64,000 bases of DNA, taken from Candidatus Harrisonbacteria bacterium. GTDB taxonomy: Bacteria > Patescibacteriota > Minisyncoccia > UBA6257 > 1-14-0-10-40-38. Both the position numbers and the translations under genes were made by a program. How positions within the stretch are numbered: the first letter of the stretch is position 1; each line of letters starts with the position of its first letter. Under the pieces are notes generated by a model. That model was given only the letters and a program-made list of their open reading frames with translations, made no database searches and was not told the DNA's origin. Shown here one piece after another: positions 27,334 to 37,500 of this stretch. The stretch is taken from NCBI GenBank assembly GCA_023245035.1, contig JAHFLD010000002.1, positions 67,297-131,296 of the forward strand, read 5' to 3'.

Positions 27334-28284
27334 GTGGAGAGAAAGGGGTTAGCTTTGGATGAGCCGAAGGTTCTGTTGGTTGAGCTGAAGATCCCGCGTT
27401 TTTGGACGCTTGGGATGTGGGTTTCCGTTTCCCTTCTCGGTTTGGCGATGGTTTTTTGGTTCGTAGTTCAGCTTTACATGCAGCGAGAGTTTGGCAGGAT
27501 TGATGAGTCCCTAGCGAGGTGGAAGGCCGAAGATGCAAAGACGGCTTCGCTGAATTTGAAGACCGAAGAGACAAAGACGACTCCGCTGTTTCATGACGAT
27601 GGTTCCGTTTTCAAGTCGGACTACGCTTATTCCGATGGCTACTTACCACGAAGCGTGGCGGCGCAGGTGGCAATTCTTCGCGAGCATTTTCCGCAGTTGG
27701 GTTCGTTTGACGAGAATCTGGCGATGCAATTTCTTCCAAGGGGCGCCGAAGCCAACTTCGCCATGCCGAAGTGGCAGAAGATTGACCCGGATTATCCCAG
27801 GGCGGTGCAAAAGATGCTTGGCGCGTCGCACTTGAGCGGCGAGGGTTTCGGGGCTATACCTTCAAGCTTTTCTTTCGATGGCGAGCATTTGGTTTCTATT
27901 CCGCGAACCGTTAATTTTCGAGGCACACTTTACAGCCGTCAAGGACAACACGACATCGTGGTGGTGCCGGCGCAATTTGGCGGGAAGTACGCGGGAAGAT
28001 CGCCGTCGGAGATTGATTTCCGTTTGCCAAGCAATGAGTTTGTCTTTGGCGCCTTTGAACTTGCGGTCTACTATCTGACTCACCCAGAGCGATTGCGCTC
28101 GGAGCGAGACGCTGGTTTGATTGCGGTAGGCGATGAGTGCTGTTTGACTCGTCCGGGTGAGGGAGTTGTTTTTAATATGGCGCCTTGCTTGCTCCAAAAG
28201 AGCAAGTCCGTTCTTTTTTCCTTGCAACTGAAGCACAACTCGTTTGCGTCGTTCGGTTCGCCGACGTGCTTCTTGTCTGAATAG
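27334..28284 (+). CDS. hypothetical membrane-anchored protein inserted between fusA and tuf
   Basis: 316-aa ORF with one N-terminal TM helix, its own terminator (28291-28329) and flanked by repeat families C and D; no recognizable domain. Confidence 0.5.
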   Translation: MERKGLALDEPKVLLVELKIPRFWTLGMWVSVSLLGLAMVFWFVVQLYMQREFGRIDESLARWKAEDAKTASLNLKTEETKTTPLFHDDGSVFKSDYAYSDGYLPRSVAAQVAILREHFPQLGSFDENLAMQFLPRGAEANFAMPKWQKIDPDYPRAVQKMLGASHLSGEGFGAIPSSFSFDGEHLVSIPRTVNFRGTLYSRQGQHDIVVVPAQFGGKYAGRSPSEIDFRLPSNEFVFGAFELAVYYLTHPERLRSERDAGLIAVGDECCLTRPGEGVVFNMAPCLLQKSKSVLFSLQLKHNSFASFGSPTCFLSE

Positions 28285-28290
28285 TCGGTT

Positions 28291-28329
28291 AAGCCATCTT
28301 CCGTTTTACGGGCGATGGCTTTTTTATTT
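28291..28329 (+). terminator. rho-independent terminator (AAGCCATC...GATGGCTT plus TTTTTTATTT)
   Basis: Hairpin plus T-tract immediately after the stop of the inserted ORF. Confidence 0.6.
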
Positions 28330-28342
28330 GTACACAGGCTTA

Positions 28343-28371
28343 TTGACACTATTTAGGGGTTTGTCTACAAT
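28343..28371 (+). promoter_or_regulatory. sigma70-like promoter for tuf (TTGACA, 17-nt spacer, TACAAT)
   Basis: Consensus -35 at 28343-28348 and -10 at 28366-28371, ~90 nt upstream of tuf. Confidence 0.55.
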
Positions 28372-28460
28372 TCAGATATCGCTGCTTGATAGTGGCGGCC
28401 TTGCTTTCTTTCCTGCAAAATCAGTGAGAGGCGAGAAATTATAAACCCATATCAAAAACC

Positions 28461-29660
28461 ATGGCAGAAAAGGAAAAATTTGAAAGAACCAAACCCCACG
28501 TTAACGTCGGAACGATTGGCCACGTTGACCACGGCAAGACGACCTTGACCGCGGCTTTGACTCACGTTTTGCACTTGAACGGCTTGGCTAAGAAAGAGGA
28601 GTCGGTGGACATGATTGACAACGCGCCTGAAGAAAAAGCGCGCGGTATTACTATTGCTTTGCACCACTCGGAATATGAGTCTGCCAAGAGGCACTACGCG
28701 CACATCGATGCTCCGGGACACGCTGACTATATTAAGAACATGATTACCGGCGCCGCGCAGATGGATGGCGCGATTTTGGTTGTTTCGGCGGCTGACGGTC
28801 CGATGCCGCAGACTCGAGAGCACATTCTTTTGGCCCGCCAAGTCGGCGTGCCTTCGGTTGTGGTTTTCTTGAATAAGTGCGACATGGTGGATGATCCGGA
28901 GCTGATTGATTTGGTGGAATCCGAAGTTCGGGAGTTGCTCAAAAAATATGAGTTCCCCGGAGATACCACGCCAATCATTCGCGGTTCGGCCTTGAAGGCT
29001 TTGGAGACGACCTCCGGTTCCAGCGCCGAGGCGAAGCCGATTTTGGATTTGGTTAAGGCGCTTGATGAATTTATTCCGGATCCGGTTCGGGAGACTAACA
29101 AGCCATTCTTGATGCCGGTGGAAGATATCTTCTCTATTGAAGGACGCGGAACGGTGGTAACCGGACGGGTGGAGAGAGGCAAGTTAAAGATTAACGATGA
29201 AATAGAGGTTATCGGTTTGCGACCGAATCAAAAGACGGTAGTAACCGGGATTGAAATGTTTAATAAGTTGCTGGATGAGGCCCAAGCCGGGGACAATGTC
29301 GGCTTGCTCTTGCGTGGTTTGAAAAAAGAAGACGTGGAGCGCGGTCAGGTGCTCGCCAAGGCGGGATCAGTTAATCCGCACGCCGAGTTTGACGCCGAGG
29401 TTTACGTCCTTTCCAAAGAGGAGGGTGGACGACACACGCCGTTTTTCAAGGGCTATAAGCCGCAGTTCTATATTCGCACCACCGACGTGACCGGAGAGGT
29501 TACTTTGCCGGAGGGAATGGAGATGGTGATGCCGGGAGATACGGTAAAAGTCGTGGTCAAGCTAATTTCGCCGGTGGCGCTTGAAGAGAAGCAGCGCTTT
29601 GCGATTCGGGAGGGAGGCAAGACCGTCGGCGCCGGCGTCGTGACGAAGATCATCAAGTAA
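28461..29660 (+). CDS. tuf: elongation factor Tu
   Basis: [19 protein letters not shown] motifs; 399 aa. Confidence 0.98.
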   Translation: MAEKEKFERTKPHVNVGTIGHVDHGKTTLTAALTHVLHLNGLAKKEESVDMIDNAPEEKARGITIALHHSEYESAKRHYAHIDAPGHADYIKNMITGAAQMDGAILVVSAADGPMPQTREHILLARQVGVPSVVVFLNKCDMVDDPELIDLVESEVRELLKKYEFPGDTTPIIRGSALKALETTSGSSAEAKPILDLVKALDEFIPDPVRETNKPFLMPVEDIFSIEGRGTVVTGRVERGKLKINDEIEVIGLRPNQKTVVTGIEMFNKLLDEAQAGDNVGLLLRGLKKEDVERGQVLAKAGSVNPHAEFDAEVYVLSKEEGGRHTPFFKGYKPQFYIRTTDVTGEVTLPEGMEMVMPGDTVKVVVKLISPVALEEKQRFAIREGGKTVGAGVVTKIIK

Positions 29661-29764
29661 TAAATATCAACTAATAACGAATTTTTTACGAATATACGAA
29701 TAAAAAATTAATTTGAATCTATTCGCTCATTCGGGATTGATTCGCTATTCGTTGATGAAAGCTT

Positions 29765-30094
29765 ATGGCCACTAAAAAGGAAATTGAAAAGGAAAAACTT
29801 AGGCTTCGACTGCGCGCCTACGATCACAAGCTGATTGACACTTCTTGCCGGCAGATAATTGATACTGCCGAGCGGCAGGATGCCGAGGTAATCGGTCCGA
29901 TTCCATTGCCGACCGAGATGAAGAAGTACACGGTTAATCGTTCCACGTTTATTGACAAGGATTCCCGCGAGCAGTTTGAGTTGCGGATTCATAAGAGACT
30001 GATTGATATTTTGAATCCCAATCAGGCGATTATTGAATCGTTGTCACGGCTCAATCTTCCGGCGGGTGTGGACATCGAGATTAAGATGGTCTAG
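29765..30094 (+). CDS. rpsJ: 30S ribosomal protein S10
   Basis: [14 protein letters not shown]...GPIPLPT is canonical S10. Confidence 0.95.
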   Translation: MATKKEIEKEKLRLRLRAYDHKLIDTSCRQIIDTAERQDAEVIGPIPLPTEMKKYTVNRSTFIDKDSREQFELRIHKRLIDILNPNQAIIESLSRLNLPAGVDIEIKMV

Positions 30095-30175
30095 GATGGG
30101 TTCTTAGGTAAGAACCGCTAGGTTTTCTACCCTGGCGGTTTTTATTGCCACTGATTATTGCTTTAAGTAACATAT

Positions 30176-30595
30176 ATGAAAGTCCCAGGAATCAAACTGA
30201 AAATGACGCATTTCTTTAAGGGAAACGAGGCGTTCGGAGTTACTCCAGTACGCTTGGTTAAGGCTGATGATCTGGAATTTTTTAAGACCGGAGATCGGGT
30301 TATGGCGACCGGTGTGATGAAAGGGCGAGGTTTTGCCGGTGTTGTAAAGCGCCATGGCTTCCATGGCGGACCGGCGACTCACGGACAAAAGAATCGACAG
30401 CGGGCTCCGGGTTCGATCGGTAATACATCTCCACAGCGTGTTTTGCCGGGACGTAAGATGGCCGGACACATGGGCGCGGTTAACGTGACGACAAAAAATT
30501 TGTTAGTGGTGGATATTAAAACTGATACCAAAGTGGTTTTATTGTTGGGCGCCGTACCGGGAAACACCGGCGGCAAGGTGGCGCTCGGCAAATAA
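30176..30595 (+). CDS. rplC: 50S ribosomal protein L3 (short form)
   Basis: GRGFAGVVKRHGFHGGPATHGQ...PGSIGNTSPQRVLPGRKMAGHMG is the L3 core; 139 aa. Confidence 0.85.
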   Translation: MKVPGIKLKMTHFFKGNEAFGVTPVRLVKADDLEFFKTGDRVMATGVMKGRGFAGVVKRHGFHGGPATHGQKNRQRAPGSIGNTSPQRVLPGRKMAGHMGAVNVTTKNLLVVDIKTDTKVVLLLGAVPGNTGGKVALGK

Positions 30596-30603
30596 TTTTT
30601 TAT

Positions 30604-31209
30604 ATGGACGTTAAAGTTTATAACACTAAGGATGAGGCGGTTGGCACAGTAAAGGTTTCCGAGGCTATTTTTGGGAGGCCTTGGAATCAGGAGCTGGTGT
30701 ATCAGGCGCTTAGGGTGCAGGAGGCCAATGGCCGAAAAAACGTGGCGCATGCCAAGGGTCGCGGAGAAGTTCGCGGAGGCGGAATCAAGCCTCGTCCGCA
30801 GAAACATTCCGGCCGTTCCCGCCAAGGATCAATCCGTTCGCCGATTTGGAAGGGAGGCGGCGCTTCTCATGGTCCGACAAAGGAGCGGAACTTTTCGCTA
30901 AAGATCAGCCGACCGATGCGCCGGGCCGCCATGCACGCGATTTTATCTCAAAAACTGCGAGAGGGAGAACTTAAAGTTATTGACTCGCTCGGTTTGAAGC
31001 AGGCCAAAACCAAAGAAGCAGCCTTGATGCTAACTCCATTCTCTCGCTCTCTTTTGCTTATCCCGGGAAGAGAGAATCGGTTAATAACCCGCGCCGCGCG
31101 AAACTTGCCGCGAGTGATGAGTCTGGCGCCAACTCATTTAAATGTCCGCGATTTGTTGAAACATAAGCAAATTTTAATAGAGCGCGAAGCGTTGGCCGAT
31201 ATTCACTAA
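30604..31209 (+). CDS. rplD: 50S ribosomal protein L4
   Basis: L4 family; WKGGGASHGP block. Confidence 0.93.
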   Translation: MDVKVYNTKDEAVGTVKVSEAIFGRPWNQELVYQALRVQEANGRKNVAHAKGRGEVRGGGIKPRPQKHSGRSRQGSIRSPIWKGGGASHGPTKERNFSLKISRPMRRAAMHAILSQKLREGELKVIDSLGLKQAKTKEAALMLTPFSRSLLLIPGRENRLITRAARNLPRVMSLAPTHLNVRDLLKHKQILIEREALADIH

Positions 31210-31213
31210 GCAT

Positions 31214-31492
31214 ATGAATAAATTCCTTATCCAGCGACCACTAATTACTGAAAAAGGGGCGGCGATGGCCGAGATGGGCAAGTACATTTTTTTGGTTGAC
31301 TCCAGAGCCAACGGTCCCGAAGTTCGCAAGGCGATTAAGGCCATCTACAAAGTTGACGTGGTGGCGACGAATGCCATCAATACCCCGTCAAAGAAGCGCC
31401 GTTTGGGGGCTACGGTCGGCGTGCGTCCGGGTTATAAAAAAATGATTGTTACGCTCAAGCCCGGGCAGAAGATAGAGGTGATGCCTGGTTAA
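31214..31492 (+). CDS. rplW: 50S ribosomal protein L23
   Basis: 92-aa L23 in conserved operon position. Confidence 0.9.
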   Translation: MNKFLIQRPLITEKGAAMAEMGKYIFLVDSRANGPEVRKAIKAIYKVDVVATNAINTPSKKRRLGATVGVRPGYKKMIVTLKPGQKIEVMPG

Positions 31493-31518
31493 ATCTCGGT
31501 AACGAATAAATTTACACT

Positions 31519-32349
31519 ATGAAATCCTATCGTCCAACAACTCCATCGCGCAGACAGATGACCACGGTGTCTTATGATTCGCTGTCTCCGGTTCGCCGTC
31601 ATAAGGCCTTAACCATGCGACTTAAGACGCATTCCGGCCGGAATCATCGCGGCTCAATTACGGTGCGGCATCAAGGCGGGGGCAATAAAAAAATTTATCG
31701 GGTGGTTGATTTTATGCAGGATCGGTTGAATATTCCGGCCCGCGTGCTTTCGTTGGAATACGATCCTTATCGCAGCGCTTTTATCGCGTTAGTGGTTTAT
31801 GCCGACGGGCGGAAAAATTATATTTTGGCTCACCGCGAGATGAAGGTTGGCGATAAGGTTGTTACCAGCGAACAGGCGCCGCTTATCCCGGGAAACCGTC
31901 TGCCTTTGCACAAAATTCCAGTCAGTACTTTTATCCACAACGTGGAAATGCGCCGTGGAGGCGGAGGCAAGATAGCCCGCTCTGCCGGTTCTCAAGTTGA
32001 GATTTTGGCGCATGAAAATGGCAAGACCGACTTAAAACTGGGGTCAAAAGAAATCAGGAAGGTTTCGTCATTCGGTCTCGCGACCATTGGACAAGTTTCA
32101 AATTTTGATTATAATTTAGTCAACATCGGCAAAGCTGGCCGTTCACGCTGGCTTGGCATTAGACCGACGGTCCGCGGTAGCGCCATGAATCCGGTTGACC
32201 ATCCCTATGGCGGTGGTGAGGGAGCTCAACCTCGCGGAACCAAGAGACCGAAAACGATGTGGGGCAAGGTTACCGGCGGTCACAAGACTCGGCATAAAAA
32301 GAAGTGGTCGACGAAGTTTATTTTGCAACGCCGGCCCAAGGTGCGCTAA
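31519..32349 (+). CDS. rplB: 50S ribosomal protein L2
   Basis: GGGNKKIYRVVDF...MNPVDHPYGGGEG is canonical L2. Confidence 0.97.
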   Translation: MKSYRPTTPSRRQMTTVSYDSLSPVRRHKALTMRLKTHSGRNHRGSITVRHQGGGNKKIYRVVDFMQDRLNIPARVLSLEYDPYRSAFIALVVYADGRKNYILAHREMKVGDKVVTSEQAPLIPGNRLPLHKIPVSTFIHNVEMRRGGGGKIARSAGSQVEILAHENGKTDLKLGSKEIRKVSSFGLATIGQVSNFDYNLVNIGKAGRSRWLGIRPTVRGSAMNPVDHPYGGGEGAQPRGTKRPKTMWGKVTGGHKTRHKKKWSTKFILQRRPKVR

Positions 32350-32361
32350 TTTTTTCATCCT

Positions 32362-32688
32362 ATGTCACGGAGCTTAAAAAAGGGTCCTTATGTTGATCCT
32401 AAACTTTTGAAGAAAGTCAGCAAGCTTAAAACCGGCGACCGCACGGTTATTAAGACTTGGTCGCGCGATTCGGAGATTTCTCCCGAAATGGTGGGTTTTA
32501 CTTTCGGCGTTCATAACGGCAAGATTTTTGTGGAAGTGACAATTAAAGAAGAAATGGTCGGGCACCGGCTTGGCGAATTTTCTTTGACCAGAAAATTTGT
32601 GAAACATGGCGGTAAGATGCAACGCGATCTTGAAGCCGCGGCCAAGCAAACTACGGCTCCGGCTCCGGCGCCCGCGGCTAAGAAGTAA
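32362..32688 (+). CDS. rpsS: 30S ribosomal protein S19 with Ala/Pro-rich C-terminal tail
   Basis: [19 protein letters not shown]...GHRLGEF is canonical S19. Confidence 0.95.
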   Translation: MSRSLKKGPYVDPKLLKKVSKLKTGDRTVIKTWSRDSEISPEMVGFTFGVHNGKIFVEVTIKEEMVGHRLGEFSLTRKFVKHGGKMQRDLEAAAKQTTAPAPAPAAKK

Positions 32689-32695
32689 TTCTTTT

Positions 32696-33220
32696 ATGGC
32701 TACTCCGATTTATACCGCAAAACTTCGCTATTTACACATTGCTCCGCGCAAGGTTCGGCTTATTGCCAACACGCTTCGCGGGCTTTCCACGCAGGAGGCG
32801 GAGGCGCAGTTGATGACGCGCCCCCAGCGTTCCGCGATGCCACTCAGAAAGTTAATAAAATCGGCGATGGCAAATGCTATGGCGAACAATACCGGAGCAA
32901 AGGCTACCTGGATTATTCAGGAAATTCGCGTTGATCAGGGTCCGGTTTTGGAACGATTTTTGCCGAGAGCTCAAGGGCGAGCGACGCCGTTGCAAAAAAA
33001 GATGAGCCACGTTACCGTTATGCTTCGCGAAGGGAAGACTCGCTTGGATCGCTTTGTTATCGCGCCCCGCGAGATTAAGAAAAAACCGACAGCTGACGAA
33101 AAGAAGACCGCTCGGGCGGCTCGTGGCCAGCAGTCATCGACTGATGAGGCCGCGGCGCTGAAAGCTAAAACTTCCGATAAGGGGTTTTTGCGAAAGGTCT
33201 TTACCCGCAAGAGCGTCTAA
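32696..33220 (+). CDS. rplV: 50S ribosomal protein L22 with Lys-rich C-terminal extension
   Basis: ATG at 32696 (in frame with ORF 32606) gives MATPIYTAKLRYLHIAPRKVRL..., canonical L22. Confidence 0.9.
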   Translation: MATPIYTAKLRYLHIAPRKVRLIANTLRGLSTQEAEAQLMTRPQRSAMPLRKLIKSAMANAMANNTGAKATWIIQEIRVDQGPVLERFLPRAQGRATPLQKKMSHVTVMLREGKTRLDRFVIAPREIKKKPTADEKKTARAARGQQSSTDEAAALKAKTSDKGFLRKVFTRKSV

Positions 33221-33238
33221 TTCGCCAAATCATCGCTT

Positions 33239-33940
33239 ATGGGACAAAAAATTAATCCATATTCTTTCCGACTAGGTATTACCAAGAACTGGAATTCTCG
33301 GTGGTTTCCGTTGCGAAAAAATTTTAAAAATCAGTTGGAGGAAGATCTTTTGATTCGTCGGGTTATTGAGGAAAAAATTTCTCCGGCTGGCATTGTTAAT
33401 GTTGAAATCGAACGCGGTATTAATAATGTCTACCGGGTTTTTATAAAAGCGGCAAAACCAGGTTTGATTATTGGTCGCGGTGGCAAGGGCATAGAGGATC
33501 TTTCTCGGGCGATTGAGCAGGAAATGGGCGAGTTGTTGCGCAAGCGCGGCGTGGCCAAGCCTTCGGTAGCTTTGAGTTTGAACGTTGAAGAACTTAAACG
33601 TTCCGAAATTGCCGCTCGATACGTGGCTCAATCGATGGCCTGGGATTTAGAACGACGTTTGCCATCGCGCCGGGCGATAAAGAAGGCCATTGAGAGCGCC
33701 ATGCAAAATCGAGACGTGCAGGGAATTAAGATTAAGCTTTCCGGACGCGTTGACGGGGCCGAGATAGCTCGGAGGGAGTGGCTGGCGAAGGGGAAGTTGC
33801 CCCTGCAGACGCTTCGCGCCAATATTGATTATGGAACCGCTACGGCTTTTACCACTTTTGGCACGGTCGGAGTCAAGGTCTGGGTTTATAAGGGCGATAT
33901 TTTTGAAAAGGAGGCGGTCGCTCAAACCAAGAGACGTTAA
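33239..33940 (+). CDS. rpsC: 30S ribosomal protein S3
   Basis: MGQKINPYSFRLGITKNW... with KH and S3-C domains. Confidence 0.97.
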   Translation: MGQKINPYSFRLGITKNWNSRWFPLRKNFKNQLEEDLLIRRVIEEKISPAGIVNVEIERGINNVYRVFIKAAKPGLIIGRGGKGIEDLSRAIEQEMGELLRKRGVAKPSVALSLNVEELKRSEIAARYVAQSMAWDLERRLPSRRAIKKAIESAMQNRDVQGIKIKLSGRVDGAEIARREWLAKGKLPLQTLRANIDYGTATAFTTFGTVGVKVWVYKGDIFEKEAVAQTKRR

Positions 33941-33955
33941 TTTTAAAACAGATTT

Positions 33956-34366
33956 ATGCTTGTTCCAAAAAAGGTCAAACATCGCAAGTGGCACAAGGGC
34001 CGTTCGCGCAACCGCACGATTGAGACTCGAGGCACTTATTTGAGTTACGGCAGTTTTGGACTTAAGGCGCAGAGCAGCGCCTGGGTGAATTCGCGTCAAA
34101 TTGAATCGGCGCGGCGAACGATAAATAATTTTATCAAACGAGAGGGCAAGCTTTGGATTCGGATTTTTCCGGACAAGCCGGTTACCAAAAAACCGCCGGA
34201 AGTTACCATGGGAGGCGGCAAAGGCGCCGTGGATCATTATGTTTTTCCGGTTCGCTCGGGAAGGATTCTATTTGAAATGGATGGCGTGACTCCGGAAATT
34301 GCCAAGGAGGCGCTTCGCTTGGCCGGACATAAGTTGCCGGTTAGAACGAGAGTGGTAACTAAATAG
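33956..34366 (+). CDS. rplP: 50S ribosomal protein L16
   Basis: [19 protein letters not shown] is canonical L16. Confidence 0.97.
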   Translation: MLVPKKVKHRKWHKGRSRNRTIETRGTYLSYGSFGLKAQSSAWVNSRQIESARRTINNFIKREGKLWIRIFPDKPVTKKPPEVTMGGGKGAVDHYVFPVRSGRILFEMDGVTPEIAKEALRLAGHKLPVRTRVVTK

Positions 34367-34368
34367 TT

Positions 34369-34554
34369 ATGAAAAAAAACGATTATCAAACATTGGCCCA
34401 GAAGCCGAAGGCTGAGCTCGCAACGATGCTTCAGGCTCATCGGGATAAGCTATGGCAACTTAAAGCCGATCTGGTTTCGGGCAAGGTTAAAAACGTGCGC
34501 GAAATTGTCTTGATAAAAAAGTCGATTGCGCGTATATTAACTGCTCTTGCTTAA
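34369..34554 (+). CDS. rpmC: 50S ribosomal protein L29
   Basis: 61-aa L29 in conserved position. Confidence 0.9.
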   Translation: MKKNDYQTLAQKPKAELATMLQAHRDKLWQLKADLVSGKVKNVREIVLIKKSIARILTALA

Positions 34555-34801
34555 TATGACGGAAACCAGACGAAGAACATTGCGGGGCGTGGTTGTCTCG
34601 CACAAAATGATGAAGACGGCCGTGGTGGCGGTGGTCTACCAAAAGCGACACCCTCGCTATTTAAAGGATTACACCGTTACCCGACGGCTTAAGGCGCATA
34701 ATCCGGATGATAAGTTTAAGACCGGAGATAGCGTGTTAATGGAAGAGACGCGTCCGTTGTCGCGGGACAAGCATTGGAGAATTGTGGCCAAGGTTGCCTA
34801 A
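34547..34801 (+). CDS. rpsQ: 30S ribosomal protein S17
   Basis: RRTLRGVVVSHKMMKTAVVAV is canonical S17; start may be 34556. Confidence 0.93.
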   Translation: MLNMTETRRRTLRGVVVSHKMMKTAVVAVVYQKRHPRYLKDYTVTRRLKAHNPDDKFKTGDSVLMEETRPLSRDKHWRIVAKVA

Positions 34802-34807
34802 TTTTTT

Positions 34808-35176
34808 ATGATTCAAGAACGATCCATTTTAAAAGTTGCCGATAACAGCGGTGCCCGTTTGGTCCGTTGTTTTCGGGTTTTGGGCGGCAGCCGCAAGCGT
34901 TACGCGCACATTGGCGATTTGATTATTGCTTCAGTCCAGACCGCGGAACCGCGCAAGGCCATTAAGAAGAAAGACGTAGTGACGGCACTTGTGGTGCGCA
35001 CTCGCAAGCCGTTGCGACGTTCCGATGGCACTCAACTTCGTTTTGACGACAACGCCGTGGTGTTGCTGGATGAAAAACGCGAACCGCGCTCGACTCGCGT
35101 GTTCGGCCCAATTCCCCGCGAGATTAAGGAGTATGGATTTGAGACGGTCGCGACGCTTGCCGAAGAAATAATGTAA
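34808..35176 (+). CDS. rplN: 50S ribosomal protein L14
   Basis: MIQERSILKVADNSGAR is canonical L14. Confidence 0.97.
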   Translation: MIQERSILKVADNSGARLVRCFRVLGGSRKRYAHIGDLIIASVQTAEPRKAIKKKDVVTALVVRTRKPLRRSDGTQLRFDDNAVVLLDEKREPRSTRVFGPIPREIKEYGFETVATLAEEIM

Positions 35177-35186
35177 TTTTTTTACT

Positions 35187-35498
35187 ATGCATATTCGCAA
35201 AAATGATACGGTAAAAATTCTTTCGGGGGATGAGAGAGGTAAGACCGGCAAGGTTTTGTCGGTCAATCCAGAGATGGCAACGGCAACGGTGCAAGGACTA
35301 AATGTCATCAAAAAAACCCGGCGGTCGAAAAAGGAAGGCGAGAAGGGCGAGGTAGTTCAACTTACCAGACCAGTTTCGGCTTCGCGTCTGATGGTGGTCT
35401 GTTCCGCCTGCGGCCAGGCTAGTCGTACCGGCATGCGCATTGACGAAAAAAGCAAAACCAAAGTAAGATACTGCAAACAATGCAACGCATCACTGTAG
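35187..35498 (+). CDS. rplX: 50S ribosomal protein L24 with C-terminal Cys4 zinc-ribbon-like tail
   Basis: KOW motif KNDTVKILSGDERGKTGKV; tail CSACGQ...CKQC. Confidence 0.92.
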   Translation: MHIRKNDTVKILSGDERGKTGKVLSVNPEMATATVQGLNVIKKTRRSKKEGEKGEVVQLTRPVSASRLMVVCSACGQASRTGMRIDEKSKTKVRYCKQCNASL

Positions 35499-35977
35499 AC
35501 AAACGCATCGCCAAAGTCGTGGTTAACGCCGGCATTGGTCGGCTTTCCCAACAGCAATCTTTTGAAGAAAAAGTTCTTCCGGAGATTGTTCGCGACTTTG
35601 CGGCCATAACCGGACAGCATCCCGCAACCCGCGCCGCGCGCCGTTCAATCGCGGGTTTTAAGATGCGCCAGGGGACCGTGGTGGGTTTGATGGCCACCTT
35701 GCGTGGTCGGAGAATGATGTCGTTTATCGCTAAAATAAACGGTATTGTCTTTCCGCGGGTTCGCGATTTTAGAGGAATCGGGCTGTCGGCGGTTGATAGC
35801 GACGGCAATTTGAATGTTGGTGTTAAGGATCATTTAGTTTTTCCCGAACTTAACGCCGAACTTTCCCGCGTTCCGTTCGGTTTGCAAATAACGGTGGTGC
35901 CGCGCGAGCGAATGATGGATCGAGCTCACGCAATAGCTTTCTATAAAGAGCTTGGTTTTCCGATCGCAAAACATTAA
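35480..35977 (+). CDS. rplE: 50S ribosomal protein L5
   Basis: L5 family ([31 protein letters not shown]). Confidence 0.93.
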   Translation: MQRITVDKRIAKVVVNAGIGRLSQQQSFEEKVLPEIVRDFAAITGQHPATRAARRSIAGFKMRQGTVVGLMATLRGRRMMSFIAKINGIVFPRVRDFRGIGLSAVDSDGNLNVGVKDHLVFPELNAELSRVPFGLQITVVPRERMMDRAHAIAFYKELGFPIAKH

Positions 35978-35985
35978 AAAAGATT

Positions 35986-36171
35986 ATGGCTAAAACATCC
36001 GTTATCGCGCGATCGCAGAAAAAACCAAAATTTTCCAGCCGAATTGTCCGGCGTTGTTTTCGTTGCGGCCGGAAGCGGGCTTATTTGCGCGATTTCGGAC
36101 TTTGCCGTATTTGCTTCCGTGAATTGGCGACCTTGGGGCAAATTCCGGGAATCAAAAAGTCTTCCTGGTAA
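35986..36171 (+). CDS. rpsN: 30S ribosomal protein S14 type Z (zinc-binding)
   Basis: 61 aa, CFRCGR...CRIC. Confidence 0.93.
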   Translation: MAKTSVIARSQKKPKFSSRIVRRCFRCGRKRAYLRDFGLCRICFRELATLGQIPGIKKSSW

Positions 36172-36183
36172 TTTAAAATCAGC

Positions 36184-36564
36184 ATGTATATAGACACTCT
36201 AATCAGAATCAAAAATGCCCAGCAGGCCCGAAAGCGTTCGGTCAAATTTCCATTTGCCAAGATGGACATGGCCATCCTTGAAGTTTTGGCCTCAAAAGGA
36301 TATATTGACGAGGTTCAAAAACATGGCCGTTTGCCAAAACGGGTGCTTGAGGTGCGTCTGGCCTATCCCGAGGGCAAGGGCGCTATCACCGGATTGCGCT
36401 TTGTTAGCAAGCCTTCAAGACGTCTCTACGCCGGTTATCGCGAGATGCGCAAGGTTAAAAATGGTTATGGACTCGCGGTACTGACCACGCCCAAGGGTAT
36501 TTTGACCGGGCCCGAAGCGCGCGCGAAAAAGGTTGGCGGGCAGGTGCTTTTTGAAATCTGGTAG
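36184..36564 (+). CDS. rpsH: 30S ribosomal protein S8
   Basis: MYIDTLIRIKNAQQARK is canonical S8. Confidence 0.95.
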   Translation: MYIDTLIRIKNAQQARKRSVKFPFAKMDMAILEVLASKGYIDEVQKHGRLPKRVLEVRLAYPEGKGAITGLRFVSKPSRRLYAGYREMRKVKNGYGLAVLTTPKGILTGPEARAKKVGGQVLFEIW

Positions 36565-36578
36565 AAATATTTTCTTTT

Positions 36579-37124
36579 ATGAGTCGTCTGGCAAAAAAAC
36601 CAATTTCTGTTCCGGAAGGAGTAACCGTCAAGCTAAATGACGGGATTTTTTCCTGCACGGGAAAAAACGGAACGCTTAATGTTCCGGTTTTGCCTTTTTT
36701 GGAAGTTGTCATTGATTCAACGGGAATTTTGATAAAATCCGAAGCGACCAACTCTCAAGCGCGAGCCAATTGGGGCACAATGGCTTCTTTGATTCGTAAC
36801 GCGGTGCAAGGAGTCGTTACCGGTTACGCCAAGGATCTGGAAATTCAGGGTGTTGGTTTTAAGGCGAATCTTGAAGGCAACGCTTTGGTTCTGAACGTTG
36901 GTTTTACGCATCCGATTAAATTTCCCATTCCCGTCGGAATCAAAATTGCCGTGGAAAAAAACGTGATTAAGATTTCCGGCAGTGACAAGGCGCTGGTGGG
37001 TGAGACTGCCGCTATCATCCGACGGTTTAAAAAGCCGGAGCCTTATAAGGGAAAGGGTATCCGCTACGCCGGTGAGGTGGTTCGCCGCAAAGCTGGTAAG
37101 AAGGTTGCCGGTACGACTGCTTAA
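36579..37124 (+). CDS. rplF: 50S ribosomal protein L6
   Basis: MSRLAKKPISVPEGVTV is canonical L6. Confidence 0.95.
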   Translation: MSRLAKKPISVPEGVTVKLNDGIFSCTGKNGTLNVPVLPFLEVVIDSTGILIKSEATNSQARANWGTMASLIRNAVQGVVTGYAKDLEIQGVGFKANLEGNALVLNVGFTHPIKFPIPVGIKIAVEKNVIKISGSDKALVGETAAIIRRFKKPEPYKGKGIRYAGEVVRRKAGKKVAGTTA

Positions 37125-37130
37125 AATTCT

Positions 37131-37484
37131 ATGTCTTCACTTACAGTACAGCGAGCAATTAGAATGCGAAGGGTGCAACGAACCCGGGCTACCACAAATG
37201 GCACCGCGCTTCGTCCGCGTATTTCTTTATTTAAGAGTAATAAGTTCGTCTACGCTCAATTGATTGACGATGAAGCTCAGCGAACTCTTTTTTCGGCTTC
37301 AACGAGGGATATAAAAGAAAAGATGAACCGAACCCAGCAGTCGGCCCGTTTGGGCGAATTAGTGGCTTTAGGCGCCAAGAAGGCCGGAATCAGCTCGGCG
37401 GTTTTGCATCGCGGGCAATATAAATATCACGGGCATCTGAAGGCTTTCGCGGAGGCCGCTCGGGCGGGAGGTTTAGCTATTTAG
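37131..37484 (+). CDS. rplR: 50S ribosomal protein L18
   Basis: L18 family (RPRISLFKSNKFVYAQLIDD). Confidence 0.93.
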   Translation: MSSLTVQRAIRMRRVQRTRATTNGTALRPRISLFKSNKFVYAQLIDDEAQRTLFSASTRDIKEKMNRTQQSARLGELVALGAKKAGISSAVLHRGQYKYHGHLKAFAEAARAGGLAI

Positions 37485-37500
37485 CGCTTTTACTTTTTTT

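Noticed and set aside
33647-34237. 196-aa minus-strand ORF across rpsC and rplP
   Set aside because: It is antisense to conserved ribosomal protein genes.
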